Positions 1 through 15,100 of a stretch of DNA of 63,566 nt are shown here, piece by piece. The DNA is from Phoronis australis (taxonomy: Eukaryota; Animalia; Phoronida), in the NCBI GenBank assembly GCA_002633005.1, contig NMRA01000084.1, positions 899,267-962,832 on the forward strand, in the 5' to 3' direction. The translations under genes and the position numbers were made by a program. Under the pieces are notes generated by a model that saw nothing but the letters and a program-made list of their open reading frames with translations, searched no databases and was not told the origin of the DNA. Every line of letters begins with the position of its first letter. The stretch's first letter is position 1.

Positions 1-424
1 CTGTTATCTCAACATAATTACCTTACATGTTTACTTATAATCCATACATATTGCTAACACATGTTATTGTGATGTTGGTGTTTGACTGCCACTCAATGTT
101 TGCTTTGGCCTCTAAGTCTGGTCATAGGGTACTACAACTTGATTCTCCAGAAACAGGCCCCAAATTTCTTTTCTAGTGGATGCAGTAACTTCAAAAACTG
201 TCAAACACATGTATTGGGCTCATGCTCATGTTGAAGGTTTTTTAATGCTAGTGTTTTCAGCGGTGTCCCGGTCCTTTTCTTAATTCTCGTTGCGTACCGT
301 ATGGTCCAATGAAGCCGACCAGGAGGTGTGAAATAATGTCCTTTAACTTCCATTTTCTTCACCATCATGGTATTTTCCCCTAAAGGTGGACTGATTTCTT
401 AATAGACCTCGTCTGTTAGTAATC

Positions 425-1760
425 AAACTAAAAAAATGAAAGCGCTCTGAGGAGCGAAACTTGGCGAAATTAACCAAAAAAAACACGTTCGAGAGGACGA
501 AAAAAGACGACGACAGAGATGATGACGAAGATGACAGCTATGACGACGATGGTGGCGATGATGGACAACCCTAGTTATGATATCATTCATATAACGAACG
601 TAGAGGTCAGAAATCACTAAGAAAAAGGCTACAGTCTTGTGCGACACTTGGCGAAATTAACGGAAAAGACAACGACGGAGATGATGATGAAGAAGATGAT
701 GACGATGATGACGAATATGATGATGGTGGTGGCGATGATGAACAACATCACAACATTCATATGATGAACTTAGATGTCATAAATCAATAAGAAATAGGCT
801 ACAGTCTAGTTCAATAGAAGATAAACCAACATCAATGCAGCAAGAGCGCTCAACAAAGGAACAGCGTTATCAGAAAATCTAAAATAACTCGAAAAGTAGA
901 CGTTCTAGCGAAAAATGGAAAACATCTTCTGAAAGCCCGTTCAAAATTCTATATAAACTGATGGTATCGTCTAATTCCGTAAATTTTTCGAAAAAAATGA
1001 AATTTTGGGTTTTTTTTAAGAAATTCAAAGTCTAATAACTCGAAAACGGTAAGTCTGAGAAAAAAATTGTTACAGGTCATTTGAAAGATTATACTTCAAA
1101 GAATCTACATGCAAAAAATCACGTCTTTTTCTCTTCCCGTTTAAAATCGCGCTCCAGACGACTGAAAATGGGTCAACATGCGCCATATCCGCCATCTTGA
1201 AAGCAACTTCCGGTTTTTTGGTTTTGTATAATAGCATGTTACAAGAAACTAATACCTGTAAAAATTCGAAGGAATTGGTCTCATAATGCGCCCTCTAGAG
1301 GAGAAAACGTTTTTAAGCCAAAATCGAGGTGCGCATGCGCGATCGCCGATATTTCCGCCATCTTTAACCGGAAGTAAACAATTTCCGGCATATACGTAAT
1401 GCACATCCGGGCCATTCATTGTGCTGATTTTCAGCTTTGTACGTAAAAAATTGTAGCCTCCAGAAGCCTTTGAATCTTAAAATGAAAACAAAATGGCCGC
1501 CACAGCCGCCATCTTGGATCCGATTTTGACGAAAAACAATAGGCTTCCAGTACTTCCGGAAGTACGTGTTATGTGTAAATTTCGTGATGATCGGACGAAA
1601 ATTGCGACCTGTATCGTGCGAACAAACAAAAAAAAAAACAAACTTAGTGGAAGAGCAACATACTTGGCGAAATTTATTTCGCCAAGTAAAAAAAAAAAAA
1701 AAAAAACAAACTTAGTGTCAGAGCAGTATACTTGGCGAAATTTATTTCGCCAAGTAAAAA
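425..1760. repeat. Interspersed repeat with GAT/GAC microsatellite, CTTGGCGAAAT motifs and terminal hairpins (HINE/DINE-like)
   Basis: CTTGGCGAAAT at ~460 and ~647; GATGAC-rich tracts; hairpin TACTTGGCGAAA-TTTA-TTTCGCCAAGTA at 1661-1688 and 1729-1756, each followed by A-tracts. Confidence 0.45.
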
Positions 1761-3141
1761 CGCTGTTGCTCTGTGGAATATCTCTGTCAAGTGCAAAATT
1801 GACACATTGCTGGAAAAAGCGCTTACAATTGGCTTTTGGCAATGTTTATGCATTGCGAGCTACAGCGTTCATTCGCAGTCAGAGAATTGTGCTGAGTTAT
1901 GCAAAGTTTCGGTTCCCTAGCTCAAGTGGAAAAAATATTAATTAGTAAAAGTTTGTGGCCTGCTTGGAGAGAATCACTCTGTTGTTCATCCATACTCTAG
2001 TGTTCAAGTCAAAACAGTTGCATGTGATTAAAACCAGATTTTCTGTGCAATCTGTTTTGGATTTATTCCAAGGTCATAGTTTAACAGGTTCCTTCCTCTG
2101 TGATACATGGAATTTATTACATTAGATAAGCCAGCAATATGACTGTTGTGTTTACAGCTCTGCAGGGTGAGACTCATCTGTCCAAAGGGTGCCCTTGTGG
2201 CTTGAGTGCTGTTTGAAGGACGCAGTGCGCAAGGATACAAAATGTCTAAAAACTGTGAGTACATTAAACTTGCCAATGCTACATAATCTCAGGCGTATGT
2301 CTGCATTCATTTGGTGAAAATCCTGCTATGTGGTTCCATGATAGTTGATAGAATTGCTCACTACTTTGTCGCGAAATCGCAATATTAAACCAAATTCTAT
2401 TTGGTAATAAATACCACCCTATCAGTGTTGAGCATGAAGTTAAGTTTGAGCTATCCTCAAAGCTTATTTAACACCACATTGGATCCTAGACTGGATAAAT
2501 TTTACCATAAATCCTAGAATAAATATAAGACCATGGTGTTAAATACATTTAAAACCTTATGTGTCATGTAAATCATGAAAGCAATCCCTTGACTTTAAGT
2601 TGGCTGCTATTTAGTTAGAGCCTGGTGGCTATAGCTATGATTTTTCTTTGTCGTTAGCCGTCTTGGTAAAGAAGAGATGGTTTCCACAAAAACTCAGAAA
2701 AAACACAGCTGAGGGTCTTGAAGACAGTAACTAGTCAAGTCTTAAAAATGTGCGCATATCCTGACACTTGTGTTACCATGTCTGTAACCACAAGGGCACT
2801 GAGTGCACTCCACCAGGAAGCCCTCCTCCTTGGGGTTGAGGGGGATTCTCTGGCCACACTCGGCTTTTGTTTGGAAAATGAGAATTTGTAAAGAATGTCC
2901 CATGACTATGTGTATTGGTGCTGACTGTTCTTAGCTGTCAGTTTGCTTAATTTGTAAAACAGTTGTTTTCCACCCCAAATTTTACACAGTCTGCTCACTG
3001 GCAGTAAACATTCCCAAGAATCTACTGAACTTACAAATAATTACAATTGCCGGAACTTAAATGATTGTGCCTTGTATGACTACCAGTAATGGGATTCCAT
3101 GCATCTGTGAGTTAAGACTCCTGGTCACAACTGTTTTCCAG

Positions 3142-6100
3142 TAAACAAATCCTGGGTGCACCCGGCTGATACTTTACTGAAGGGACACATTGTTTATACT
3201 GTCAAGGTAAGTTGAACTGTTATAGTTTTCATCATTTTAGTGATGACAAGCCGATGTGCAATGGTCCTAGATCCGTGACATAAGCATGACTGGTATGCTA
3301 CGCCGGGCCATCTGCCTACTTTTTATTGTCATGTCTTTCCGCAAAAAATAGTTATCTACTCAATTGGCAGTTGCTTAATTATGTTGATTTGTTGTTAAAC
3401 ACTTCACTGCTACTGTAGCAGTTCAATTCTTCTTAAATTGTTGGGCATTGAATTTATGACTGACTAAATAGAAAAATAATGTCACCAATTAGGATACAAA
3501 ATATCTGATGGTAAGTTTTGTTTTCTTGTTTTTACATGAATTAGAAAATTGATTCGTTACCATTGTCAAGTTCTACTGCATAGCTAGCTGTCGTCGGACA
3601 ATTTTTTAAAAAGTTGTAGACATTCACCACTTTTTTATTCGAATTGGTGAAATTTTACCAGATTACTTAATATGATTTCTAATCGTGTTCTGTTCAAAGA
3701 CTAGAATAGGCGAGGAATGCTGTTTTCGAGTTCACTCACGTTTGGGAGTTTATGCTTCATCAAAGTCATTGACTTCCAGGAAGTTGAGGTTTCTTGGCAG
3801 ATGTTGTCACCAGTCTTCCAGAGTATTTTTATCTGGTAATATGGCAGTGTCTCATTCCTTGTGATGTGCCCCAAACGTGGATCAAATATCGGAGTTGCTT
3901 GTTTATTCCAGTTCCTGGGCCACGTCCAAGTGCAGGTGCCCAAAGGTACAGATGTGGTCAAGGAGGCTATACGCAAAATGAAGGTACAAGACCACATTTT
4001 GGATAACCTGCTTTTGCGTAATGAAGCATTGTGGCTTTGAGCAAAAATTGTGTCTAAAAATGAGCGCCTTTAGTTCTTATAGTTGTTTTCAGGTTTGCAT
4101 GTTATTTTTTAGGTTTTTTTGTCCTAGTTCCATAATATAAAAATATTCGTAGTTGTAAAAAGCATGAAAAAATATTCAGAAATTCGGACCGATTTTAAGA
4201 TTTCGTTTTCCTTTAATGAAAATTATCCATTACTGTATGTGGGCTTATTTAGCTCATGCTCGTCTGTGTGAAGCTATGGCTACATTGGGAATAGTGCACA
4301 TTGGCCTTTACGTGAAACACTAAAGAGCAAAAGCAAGGAGCATGCGATCAGGTGAAGCTTGACGCATGTCTCACAAAATGATTGACATGGACTCAGTTGA
4401 ACATCAAGGTTGTGTAGGGCCTTATCTACAAATTTGTGTAGTACAAAATATCTACAAAACCGTATATTATGTATTTTCTGAAAGTAGAAAGCCCGAAGAA
4501 TTTGATTTTTTAAAACTTTTTTCCAGAGTGTGCCAATAATTGGATCCCAAAATCATGTGTTTTCAGTAAAATTTAGCAAAAAAGGAAACATTGATAGCAA
4601 AATAACGGTGATGCCAATGTTCAAGATGAAATCCCAAGAACAGTTTTCTAATTTGTCATTTTGTTTTATGCAACTTTTGAGTTTATTTGACAGCTCCTCA
4701 TGCAGAAGTCCTTAACAGTGTTTTGGAGAACAGTGAATAAACCATTATAAGTTCTTATCGGGAAATTTCACTTGAATCCCATCGGCCTTTTCTGAGATAA
4801 GTTGTTCTGAAATTTACCAAATCTGAACATTTTTCTAGGGTCCTACATAACTTTCACTATTTATGAAATAAAAATACTTATTGGAAAAAAGTATCGTCAG
4901 AAAACCTACAGTTTAAGGCACGTATATAATTATACAAAAGATCGCTGCTTGCACTTGTAAGAGAAGCTTAGGTATATGTGCCCATAGGCTAAAAAGCGCA
5001 TTGTTTCAGGTATAGGCAGGTGGTACTAAATACATGCGTATACAGTAAAGCTAGATGTATCATGCATTGAATTGTTGAATGATCTTACTGTGTGGCGTTC
5101 AAGATATCATCAGTTGTGCCTTTGTTATTTTGCCCTGTAGTTCAACAAGCAGATAAAGAGGGCAGAAGGTCAGAAACCATCCAAAGTTGAATTAACCATA
5201 TCAGCTGATGGGATCACAATCCAAGATCTCAAGACAAAGGTACAGGTCACAGAATACTGAGAAACTATGTCCTCTACTTGTCAACAAGGAAGATGATTTT
5301 CATACATAGCAGCTGTGAATCCAGGGTTTTATCCAGGGTGTCCAGGAAGGGTCAAGCCAAGGGTCATCTGGAACAGTGGGCACAAATTGTTCCTCGGTGG
5401 TGTTTCATATCTGCAAAGGCTCAGACATCAGTTATTAGCAGACTGTTAAACATCACTCTGGCAGACTTCAACTAATTGTACTCTACACCATTCACAATCC
5501 GTAGTCTGCCACCTGATTAACTTGTATTTAAGCCTATCGTCACAGGAGTATCCGGGTGCATTCGACAGCATTTCCGATTTTGAGTCACATGACTTGCTGT
5601 AATGATTGAATTTCACACATGCACAGATGTGAAACACTTGCGAGGGGTAATTTGAGGTGTTCTAGATGAGTTAGGGGATGCTTTGAATTTCTCTATCACA
5701 GAAACGTGAAAGTATCATGAAGGAGGCCCATACACCCTGGCCCTCCTTCTGGATCAGCTCCTGCATAATGACAAGGTTGAACTTCCTTTTTCCCATAATG
5801 CACATTGATGGGACTAAATTGCAGTTTTGAAGCCATCCAATCTAGCACACAGCATTACAGGAGCACTGTGACTTCCCCAAGATAAACAACTGCCCCCTTT
5901 GACCTACACCGTTGTCTTCATTACTCAAGTCAATTCTTATCTCAGTAAGGAACTAATGAGACATTGTGGTTAATAAAGGATCTACCCCTGTCCATTCAAC
6001 ACCAATCATTTTGGACTTGGAAATCTATGATAAATACAGACAGGAATTAGTGTTCTATTGCTGCAATCGATAAAGTTAGTCTAACTGCATAAACCATTTG

Positions 6101-9100
6101 ATTCACTTTAGATAAGCAGAACATCTGTATCTTTTGGTTTCAGCACTACTAGCGCCATCGAGTGCTAGTCATGATTATCTTATCAGTCTAGCTGTGCAAA
6201 GGTAGTATGCTTGCAGTCTGTTATCGTTTATTGTCCGTATGCGATGCAGTCCTATCTGAAGTGCCAAATAGGAATTGTGTTAAGACAGTATTTTATCAGT
6301 GTAAAAAACTGGAGCATTGTTTACTTACTCACTCCATGCAGACATGTGTAAGTCATTCCTCCGTTTGATTCTAGTTTCAATGATTGATAAAAAGAGCCAG
6401 GCAAGGCTACTCATGTGTGCCAGTATGTGAGAATATGTTGGTTACACTTTATTCAACTAAAATTATGCAGGTGCATATTTGCCCAATAAAGCGAAATTTT
6501 GGGACGGAGGTCTTAAATGGGTGTGAATTTTTTTTAGCAAAAACCTCATCTGTAGGATTGCATTGTGGGTTATAAGTCCCTACAATTATAAGTTAAATGC
6601 TTTCTACTCTTCTCGCCTAACACAGCTAAGAATGCCCTGCAGACTAAACATTCTGGATGTGATCATGTTACCCACATTATTGTCGTCATTAGTCACCAGA
6701 GGTCACTACTATTCTTTCAGGAGATCCAACACCAGTATGCCCTCCACCGTATATCCTATTGTGCCGATGACAAGTCAGACAAGAAGATGCTGACCTTCAT
6801 AGCTAAAGACGCCACCACAGACACCCACTCCTGTTTTGTGCTTTCCAGTGATAAATGTGTAAGTAGATTATAATTAACAAGAATAGCAACATCCTGCTTG
6901 CCCTCTGGTGTCATGTTCAGGATGTTTTCAATTAATCGTGTTCATAGTGTCCAGTTTCAACGTGTACAAACAGCACAATATGGAGGATGGGTGGAAAATT
7001 GTTTATGTCTTTTTTCCCTAAAAGAGAAATAGCACTAGATAACTGTTTAGCACATTTTTAATTTCCATACCAAAGGTACCAATAGACAATGTTAGAAGCC
7101 TTTGATAAAATAAAGAGAAGCCAAAAAATGCACTTGTTTGTCTCCGAAATTGCTGAGATTATTCTGTAATTTCATCATCTGGCTGTTCACTAATTGAACT
7201 TGTTTTGAAGTGTTGATAACCTCCGTGCACCATTTTGCCCACAGGCTGAAGAGATCACACTGACCATTGGTCAAGCGTTTGACCTGGCCTACAGAAGGTT
7301 CCTTGACACTTCTGGTAAAGACTTTGATCAGAAAAAACAGTGCCTCATGCTTCAGAAAAAGGTCAGTGAAAGGTCACTCACTCTTTTGAATTTTGACTAG
7401 GACTGCCTGGTAGGTGACTTGCGAGAAAAATATTAGTTTTCATAATCTTCTCAGTTATGTTTGTGATCAATAAGTATTTCTGCATGGCATTCTCCATTTT
7501 TCATTAGTGGTACCAAGAAGAGCAAGTGTTAGATAATTATTTTTTGGGACATATTTAAAGCCTCATTCAGCATTCTTTTTTGTTCGAGTTTTGAAGAATA
7601 AGAACCCTTTGTTTTGGCGTCACCTGGTTGCCATCCATTTGTCTGACAGAATATTTTTGTAAACTACTGTAACCTTTTGTATTATTTCTGTAAAATCTCA
7701 TCTATCTTATCACATTTTAAGTCTTTTTTCATAAAAGAAAAATTGCACAGAATTTTAATTGCTTAAATATTTTTGGGTTTCGTACATTGGCTGCCATACA
7801 ACATTTTGAAAAATTTCGGGCTTTAACATAGTGATGGAAACCTTTGAAAACAGCAGACAATCTTTTTGTCCGAAACTGGTACTGGCTAGCTGTCAGTTTT
7901 CTGACACATGTATGCTTGAGTGCATTAATGTTACTATGAATATTCAATTAGGTTCAAGAACTTACTGAAGAAAATGAAATGCTCAAACGAAGAATCAATG
8001 ACCTTGAACAGTTGAAAGACAGGGACAGTGTGAACCACTACAAACAACAGAACAGTGTGAGTTTCTACGTGCAGTACGTGATGGTCATTCTAGGACCCAT
8101 CACCACGTCCACACCCCCCNCTAACATTAGTTCTGAGCACAGCTTTGCACACTGCTTGTGGCAGACTGCCTGTCAGGCCCTGAGGTTTCAAAGTTTTTAG
8201 AATTGGACTAACCTAAGTAGTAGGGGTGGCAGGTTGTGAGCTCAGGACTCCCATGAATGACTTTTGTTCAATACTAGATGTGAGCATCCCCATACTTGTT
8301 GTAGACTACTCCAGATTCAGTTCTGCACATGAAGGCTGTAAACACTGGAAGGGCATGACTGAAGTGCGGATTATCAGAGTCAATTAAACCTTCTGAAATT
8401 GAGGTTATTGTGAGTTAAATGTGATTCTAACCTCGAGTGAAAATTTTGAGTATGAGGGAAATTTCACGATTTTAAAACTTTTTTTCTGAGGGGCATCGAA
8501 GACCTTGTATTTTGGTGGATGCCATGAGTTTTTACCCATCTTGGCTTGATTAAGTGCCCAAACTCCAATAAGTGGTGGTCTCCAATTAGTGTCGAGAAGG
8601 GGGAGGGGGTAAAAGTTCAGTTCAAAATTGCAACCCAGTCCTAAATAAGCAGCGGAGTTGTGGCGGCATGCAGCAGCTCGATAGCTTTCAGCATACGCTG
8701 GTAAGGACTGTTAAGTAGATAAGTGTCCTATTACCACTTAATGTGCTTAGTGTTGCAGGTAACTAGAAACATTTCGGGCTTGGCTATTCAAAACCATAGG
8801 GAGCAATAAAACAATTATCTTCCTAGCCGGGACCATGAACCCTTTGTTAAGCTGTGTTACTTAGTATGCACAGACCAATTGGGACAGTTGTAAGCAGGGT
8901 TCACAAAGAACTACTTTCACTGTCCTTGTACATCAATTTTAAAAGGCCGATATGTGCAAGTGATGCCGATGATTTACCACCATCTGTAAAATTCTTTTCC
9001 ACTATGCAGGCTAGCCCAGAATGAGTACTTTAGCTCGAAGTTCATGAAATCTACCGACGTGTTTGGGATATCAATACCAAATGTTTATGGTCTTTTGGCT

Positions 9101-12100
9101 AATTGCTTAATAAGTTTTGGGTCTTATATAAATGCTGTAGGTATTACATTTGCCCAGGCACTTAATCAGTCCAAGATGGTACATTCGAATCAGTCTTACA
9201 ATGAACCCTGTTTATGACGTTGCTCTCGTGTTCCATTTCGGAAGACAAATTTTTCCAAAAATGCAAACTACCATTTCTACGCTTTGTTTGAATGAACATG
9301 GTTACAATGGTCACACGGTACCAATTTCTATGTCGTAGTGGGAAACTTCAGCAAATTTACACACAGGTCGAAAAATTTATCACAGGCAGCCTTCCAGATT
9401 TCATCTTGGTGCTCAGTATATGACGCACAAGCATGTGATTTGCTGCACGCAGCCGAGCACGTGGTTAGACAACTTTGCATATGAAGAAAAAGGGAATAAA
9501 TAGTTCTATGGTTTTATGCCGTCATTTCTGTCCGTCCATCCATTCGGCGTCCCTTGGTGTATGTGATGAAATTTTGCAGATATGTTCCTTTCATTGATGA
9601 GTGAATTTTTGAGCAGATCCGACTACCTAGTGGCATGGCCTCTGTGTCGGTTAAGCCATTTATAGGATCATCATGAAAATTGACATATACGTTATTACTG
9701 AGAAGAGAACATGTGACGATGGTTTTTGAATGGTGGCAACTACTGTGGCACCTCATAGTGGCAGTTTTGTTTTTGTTGTGTCCATGGCTGTATCTCCTAA
9801 ACCCTCTGTAGGATCGTTAAATTTGGCAAGTTATTTGTATGAATGTGACATCAGATGGCAATAACGTTCAAACGGATCGGACTCCCGCTGGCAATTTTAT
9901 TTTTCTCTGTTTTCCACTGTATTTTTGGAGTTCCTGTGTAGGTTTAGCAAATAGATTTTTATTAATTAGGCGATGACATCTTTTTGTTTTCAGATGGATT
10001 TGGCTTAGTGTACACCTCCTAGTGGCTGTTTTTTATTATTTTTAGTCTTTTTTGGCATCCATCTATCTATCAACCAAAGCACTCTAAGAATTGTTATGAA
10101 AATTGTTAAATGTGTTCTTAGAGGGAAGAGCTTGTTGGACTGCTTGGGAAATTTGTCAAGTGTATGATGACGTTTGGACGTATCTGACTTCCACTGTGAA
10201 CCCAAAGGCAGTTTTAACTTTGTTTACGGGTTTGGCAGGTGTTTTCTTTTGACGAGATCATTGCTTGCTATGCACCCCCTAAAGGCTATTTGAAGATTAC
10301 TAACATTGCTCCGTTTAGTAAGAATGTTTAAAATAGTAATCCTCCCTTGTATCTGCACTGTATGTGATGCACTCAGTGGACACATAATAGCGCTCTTGTT
10401 ATTTTCTCTACTAACTTGATTCAGTTACAGCAAACCTCCTCTTTAGATAGTTCCCGGAAGGTTCGCTGTAACAAAGTTCAACAGTCTGTTGTTTAATATT
10501 AGTTTATTAGGTATCACTTTGTGTTGCAGCAAGATGATTTGATAAGCATACAGAGCACCGTGGCTCCTCCAACGATACCCCCAAGAACTGCAGCAGCCAC
10601 TACACCAGTAAGGCTTTTAGACACGACTTGTTGAGGTTTATTAATTAAAATTCCATTCTGCTATGAAATTATCCATTTTCACTCAGAATGGACAGGTTTT
10701 GTTAAATTAACGCATCTGGCTTTGTTGAAGATATGACAAAAACAAGGAAACAAGTCAAATTACAGTAATAATCATTTCTTATATTTTTGCTTCAAAATTT
10801 CTAAATATTCAGTCAGTAATATTGATAAGGATCATCTTTTTGACCAGACAAGAATTTGTCAACATTTTTGAAAATTACTTAGGTTCGCTGCAAACAAAGA
10901 GCTATGAGTTCTGCTGGACGTCTTTAGTGAAAGTTAAGTGAGCACTTAGCTCAAGTCTTGGTGTGAAAATACAGCTTTCACTCAAGGCTTGTTGTCTGCA
11001 CTGAGCTTTAGTGTCTTTAGTGTGTTAGCACAATTACATGACCTTGTCAAAACCCAGTGGATTGTGATGCCTTTTTTGAATTACGTTTTCATAAGGCATT
11101 ATTTATCATTCAGCCCATTGGCAGCTAAAGCTGGCAGAGGAGGCAGTGTGGCCTGGTTGATAAGTGCCTGCTTTCTTTATTCGAGGTCGTGGGTTCGAGT
11201 CCCACTAGGTCACACTGCTAAACCCTTGAGCCAGGTTTCTAGCTCCTCAGCTCGGTTTTAACCATATATTAATAAAGCATAAAAATATTTCCAGGTGATC
11301 AGTGCAATGGGCCCACATGCGAGGCCTGGGCACGTCTGGTACAACGTGTATCAGACCGCCTGCAATTATTATTTTTTTTAGCTAAAGCTGGCTTGATTAC
11401 TTGAATCAATTAGACTTGCTCATTCACTGAATGTGTCTTTATCGCTAAAAAGATTGAGATATGAATTTACTTTTAATGTTAACCAGCTGGCCCATTCAAA
11501 TCCCGAGCCGGTAGTGGGAAGACGACTGGAAAATTTGATGTTCAGCGACTCTCCATCGACTCCACAAACTAATGGAATACACTCTGTTTCAAGTCCTCCA
11601 CCAAGTGAGTTGGTGTTTGGTGCAGTTCGGCATTTACTTTATGTGTGTATAATGGTTGCCATTTACTGAACCTGATCACTATGGCTTGAATGGTGTTTTG
11701 CCCACACACTAGGTTCCACTTGTTTTGCCCACACACTAGGTTCCACTTGTTTTGTCCAGGCTGGCACTTCTAACAACTCTTTGGTGTCCATTTCGAACAA
11801 TTCAACTCATTTTTTATATACAAAATTAGGAAGACGTGTGTGATATTTTGTGTCCATCGATTCATTTTCACGACTTTCGGTATTGAATGTGTAAGCAGTC
11901 ACTTCATAATTTCCTATATGCACAGTGAATAAAAACTTTTAAGTTTCTCAACTGACGGATGAGTGCTATGTGCCCAGTGGTCACAGTTTGCAACAGCTTA
12001 TTTCTGCCGCCATTTTCAGGCTGATGACTGAGATGGTTGTTAGCGAGTGGTATTCTGCATAAAGTCAGTTGTAATCTCATCTGACTGGCAGGAACTTGGG

Positions 12101-15100
12101 ATAGAGTTTGCGTGGGATTTCTCTCACTTACAGCCATCTTAGTAGTTAGTTTGAGAATAGCAACGGCCATGAGCAGCTGAAAGCATTTGCATATAAGGTG
12201 TGTGACATTCATCATGTCAGTATTTCATCTTTGGTTGTCAGGTGCTTCTTCTGTCTGCCATGATTGCTTCTAAATGTCAGCAGTTCATGCTAGATATTAA
12301 TTTGTGAACGTTTATCAATAACTGGTAAGGCAGTGTTCCTTCATGTTCTAGATGTCACTCATCTGGGGTTGCTAGTAGGTGCTTTTGTTACAGTACATGC
12401 CAAAAGTAATCAAACGAAATACCATGTCCCTGTAATGTCTTGCTGGTCTGTTAGTGAATTGCACTCGCTCTTAGCCATCGTGATTCTCTGAGTTCCACAT
12501 GGGCTCAGCCATTGTGACGGGTGATTCCGGGTCATTTCGTTTGGTTCTGTTTTGGCGATACTGCAGCTGGCTAGTAAAGTCTGCTTGCTTTGTGTTGGAT
12601 TTTGTTGGCTTGCTGCATCAAATGCAACTTGAGATGGTTGGTTATTTTTGTAGAAAGTAGTTGTAAGTGTTTTATATGTGTATTTAAAATCGGAATGTTG
12701 TGATCCAATGTGATGGAGTTGGTTTTGTTGCAGATGTTGTTCTGGTAATGGCAGGTTGAACAGGAGCTGTGTTGGTGCTGCTTAAGTGTCAAATCAGTGT
12801 TTATAATGAGATATTCGGGATTCACTTAGTGGCACTTAAGTGCAGCTAAGTACCTATCCATAGAAATGCCTGTATTTATGTAAACACTTGAGGCCCATAT
12901 CCAAGAAATGTTTCCATGCTGATGAACTGTTTTGTACTCTCAAATTATTCAGACATTAAAAACGACATTTCTTCATCAGAATTACTTAATGAAAACCAAG
13001 TCACACATTAAGACAAACTACAGCTGGAAAAGCAACATTATTGGTCTCGTCTTTATGATGAATTTGCAGCCACCATCACAAAACATTGTTTTGTTTGCGA
13101 TGAAGCTAAGGAATTTTGTTGTAACAGTTTCTGTGGGCTTGTTACTGAATACTGGACCTGGGGTATATTGTGTTCTCAACAAGGCACTTGACCAAGTGAA
13201 GTAATCTAGAACAAAATGGTGTACTAATACCTATCTCTTTAAGTGAAGACGCATGCAGTGCAAATTAGATGAAGCCAAAATCGCGAACTTTGAATTGCAA
13301 GAAGCTGAGTTAACAGCACTGAATATATCTTATGGAGTTACCACTTTTAACTCCATTCAGTCCATGGTTTATTGTGTGTGATTTAGGTATCCTTACTCAC
13401 CGTGTTGAATAATCAAACAATGTGTCTTACACGGAAACAGGTGGATCAGTATGCACCCATTGTATCAGCATGCAGTGGGACGAGACTTCAAACTCGCACT
13501 CAAATTCAGACTGCAGGTTTTCTGTTGGTCTTGTGTGAAGTTAAGCTGGAAAGACTATCTGGAGTCTGACTTTGGAGGTGGAATGCCTGCCCCATGTATT
13601 TTATATTAAATCTTTTGAATAAGTATTGTGCGCCATCTTAGATTCATCAGTTTGTGCCATATATCTTGATTGTTTTGTCACTAGGTGTCACAACTTTGTT
13701 GAGAACACATTAGAGACTCGTCAGGCATGATGGTAACTTTTTCTTTCTTTGCTTCACTTTGCTTTTATAACGTCCTTCTAGTTGCTCCGCCCCCTTCTTC
13801 TGGTAGAGGTCACAGGTCGTCACCTCACTTAAACCCATCCACGCGACCTCGATCGCCTGCACAAGGTAATGCCAGCAATGCCCTCTCTTGGTGCTCTGAG
13901 AGCTTGGTACTATTTTGTAAAGCTGACTTGACCTAAGTTGTAGTACCTAAATGTTGTTTTTTTTCTTGTTTTGCTAAATTTACAAATAATACTGAAATTA
14001 AATGAATTGAAATTTAGCTTACTTAAGACACTAGGCAGAAGAAGCAGACCTGTTATAGTGACTGAAAGACCCTTTTACGTTAGTCAGGGTTGTGAAAATT
14101 ATGACAAATTTAGCAGTGATTCATGACCTAAAGATCCTCTTAGTAAAAGAGGGGTTTAGGCTGCAACTTAAAAGTGTGACATTCAGCCTTTGACAAATAG
14201 GTCAACTACTTAAGGAGTGGTGCGCGGAAATCATGACTTTGCTGTCTGCGATAGCTAAAAACTGCTCAAATCTCATTTTCAAGCTAATTAATCTGTAATT
14301 CAAGGATTGAGGGATTTCATGGATATCTTGTGTCAAAACTACTTGTGTCTAGTGTCTCCTAAATTTTTTAATAAAAGCTGTAACTTCTATAAAATCTTTA
14401 ATCTAGTCCCTCTATCACTATGACACGTGTTTCAAAGTATTCTTTACTTGGATTAGAAATGACTTTTGGCCTTGGGAAGAACTGACAGTTTGTTATTGCT
14501 TGAGATCATGTTTGGGGCGTACAGTGACCTCTATTGCTTGAGATCATGTTTGGGGCGTACAGTGACCTCTATTGCTCGAGATCATGTTTGGGGCGTACAG
14601 TGACTTCTATTGCTTGAGATCATGTTTGGGACATACAGTGACCTCTATTGTTTGAGATCATGTTTGGGGCATACAGTGACCTCTATTGCTTGAGCTCATG
14701 TTTGGGGCGTACAGTGACCTCTACATATGAGCCTGATCTCAACCGTGAACAAAGACTGTTATATACCCAAGCCCAGAAATCACCTTTGAGTAAGGAACAA
14801 TTTGTGATCATTGTCATAGCGGTTGGTGGTCAAAATTAAGTTATTTGTTTGATGGAAGGAAGGTTAGGATATAAACTCTCCTATTTGAGATAGTGGAAAT
14901 TTATTTTAATTATTTTGCTGTAAGTCGGAGGCTCAGTCCCAAGCTCTAGAAATAGACAACATTGACCGTCCCAAATTTAAGAGTCACTGAAAAGATGGCA
15001 AAGTTACGCACTCTTTAGATTAAATATGCATTGCTGAACTTTGTGAAATATTTTGAATGCTAAAATGGTCGTTGTCCCAAATTTCCAGAATCATTTCTGT

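Noticed and set aside
1477-1945. ORFs of 121-150 aa here, and similar ones at 39803-41468, 55000-55464 and 61761-62237
   Set aside because: They lie in repeats, introns or low-complexity tracts and show no recognisable protein motifs.
14494-14723. 38-bp repeat array (and the 44-bp array at 33404) as a CRISPR array
   Set aside because: Units are head-to-tail with no unique spacers, the context is a eukaryotic intron, and there are no cas genes; these are minisatellites.
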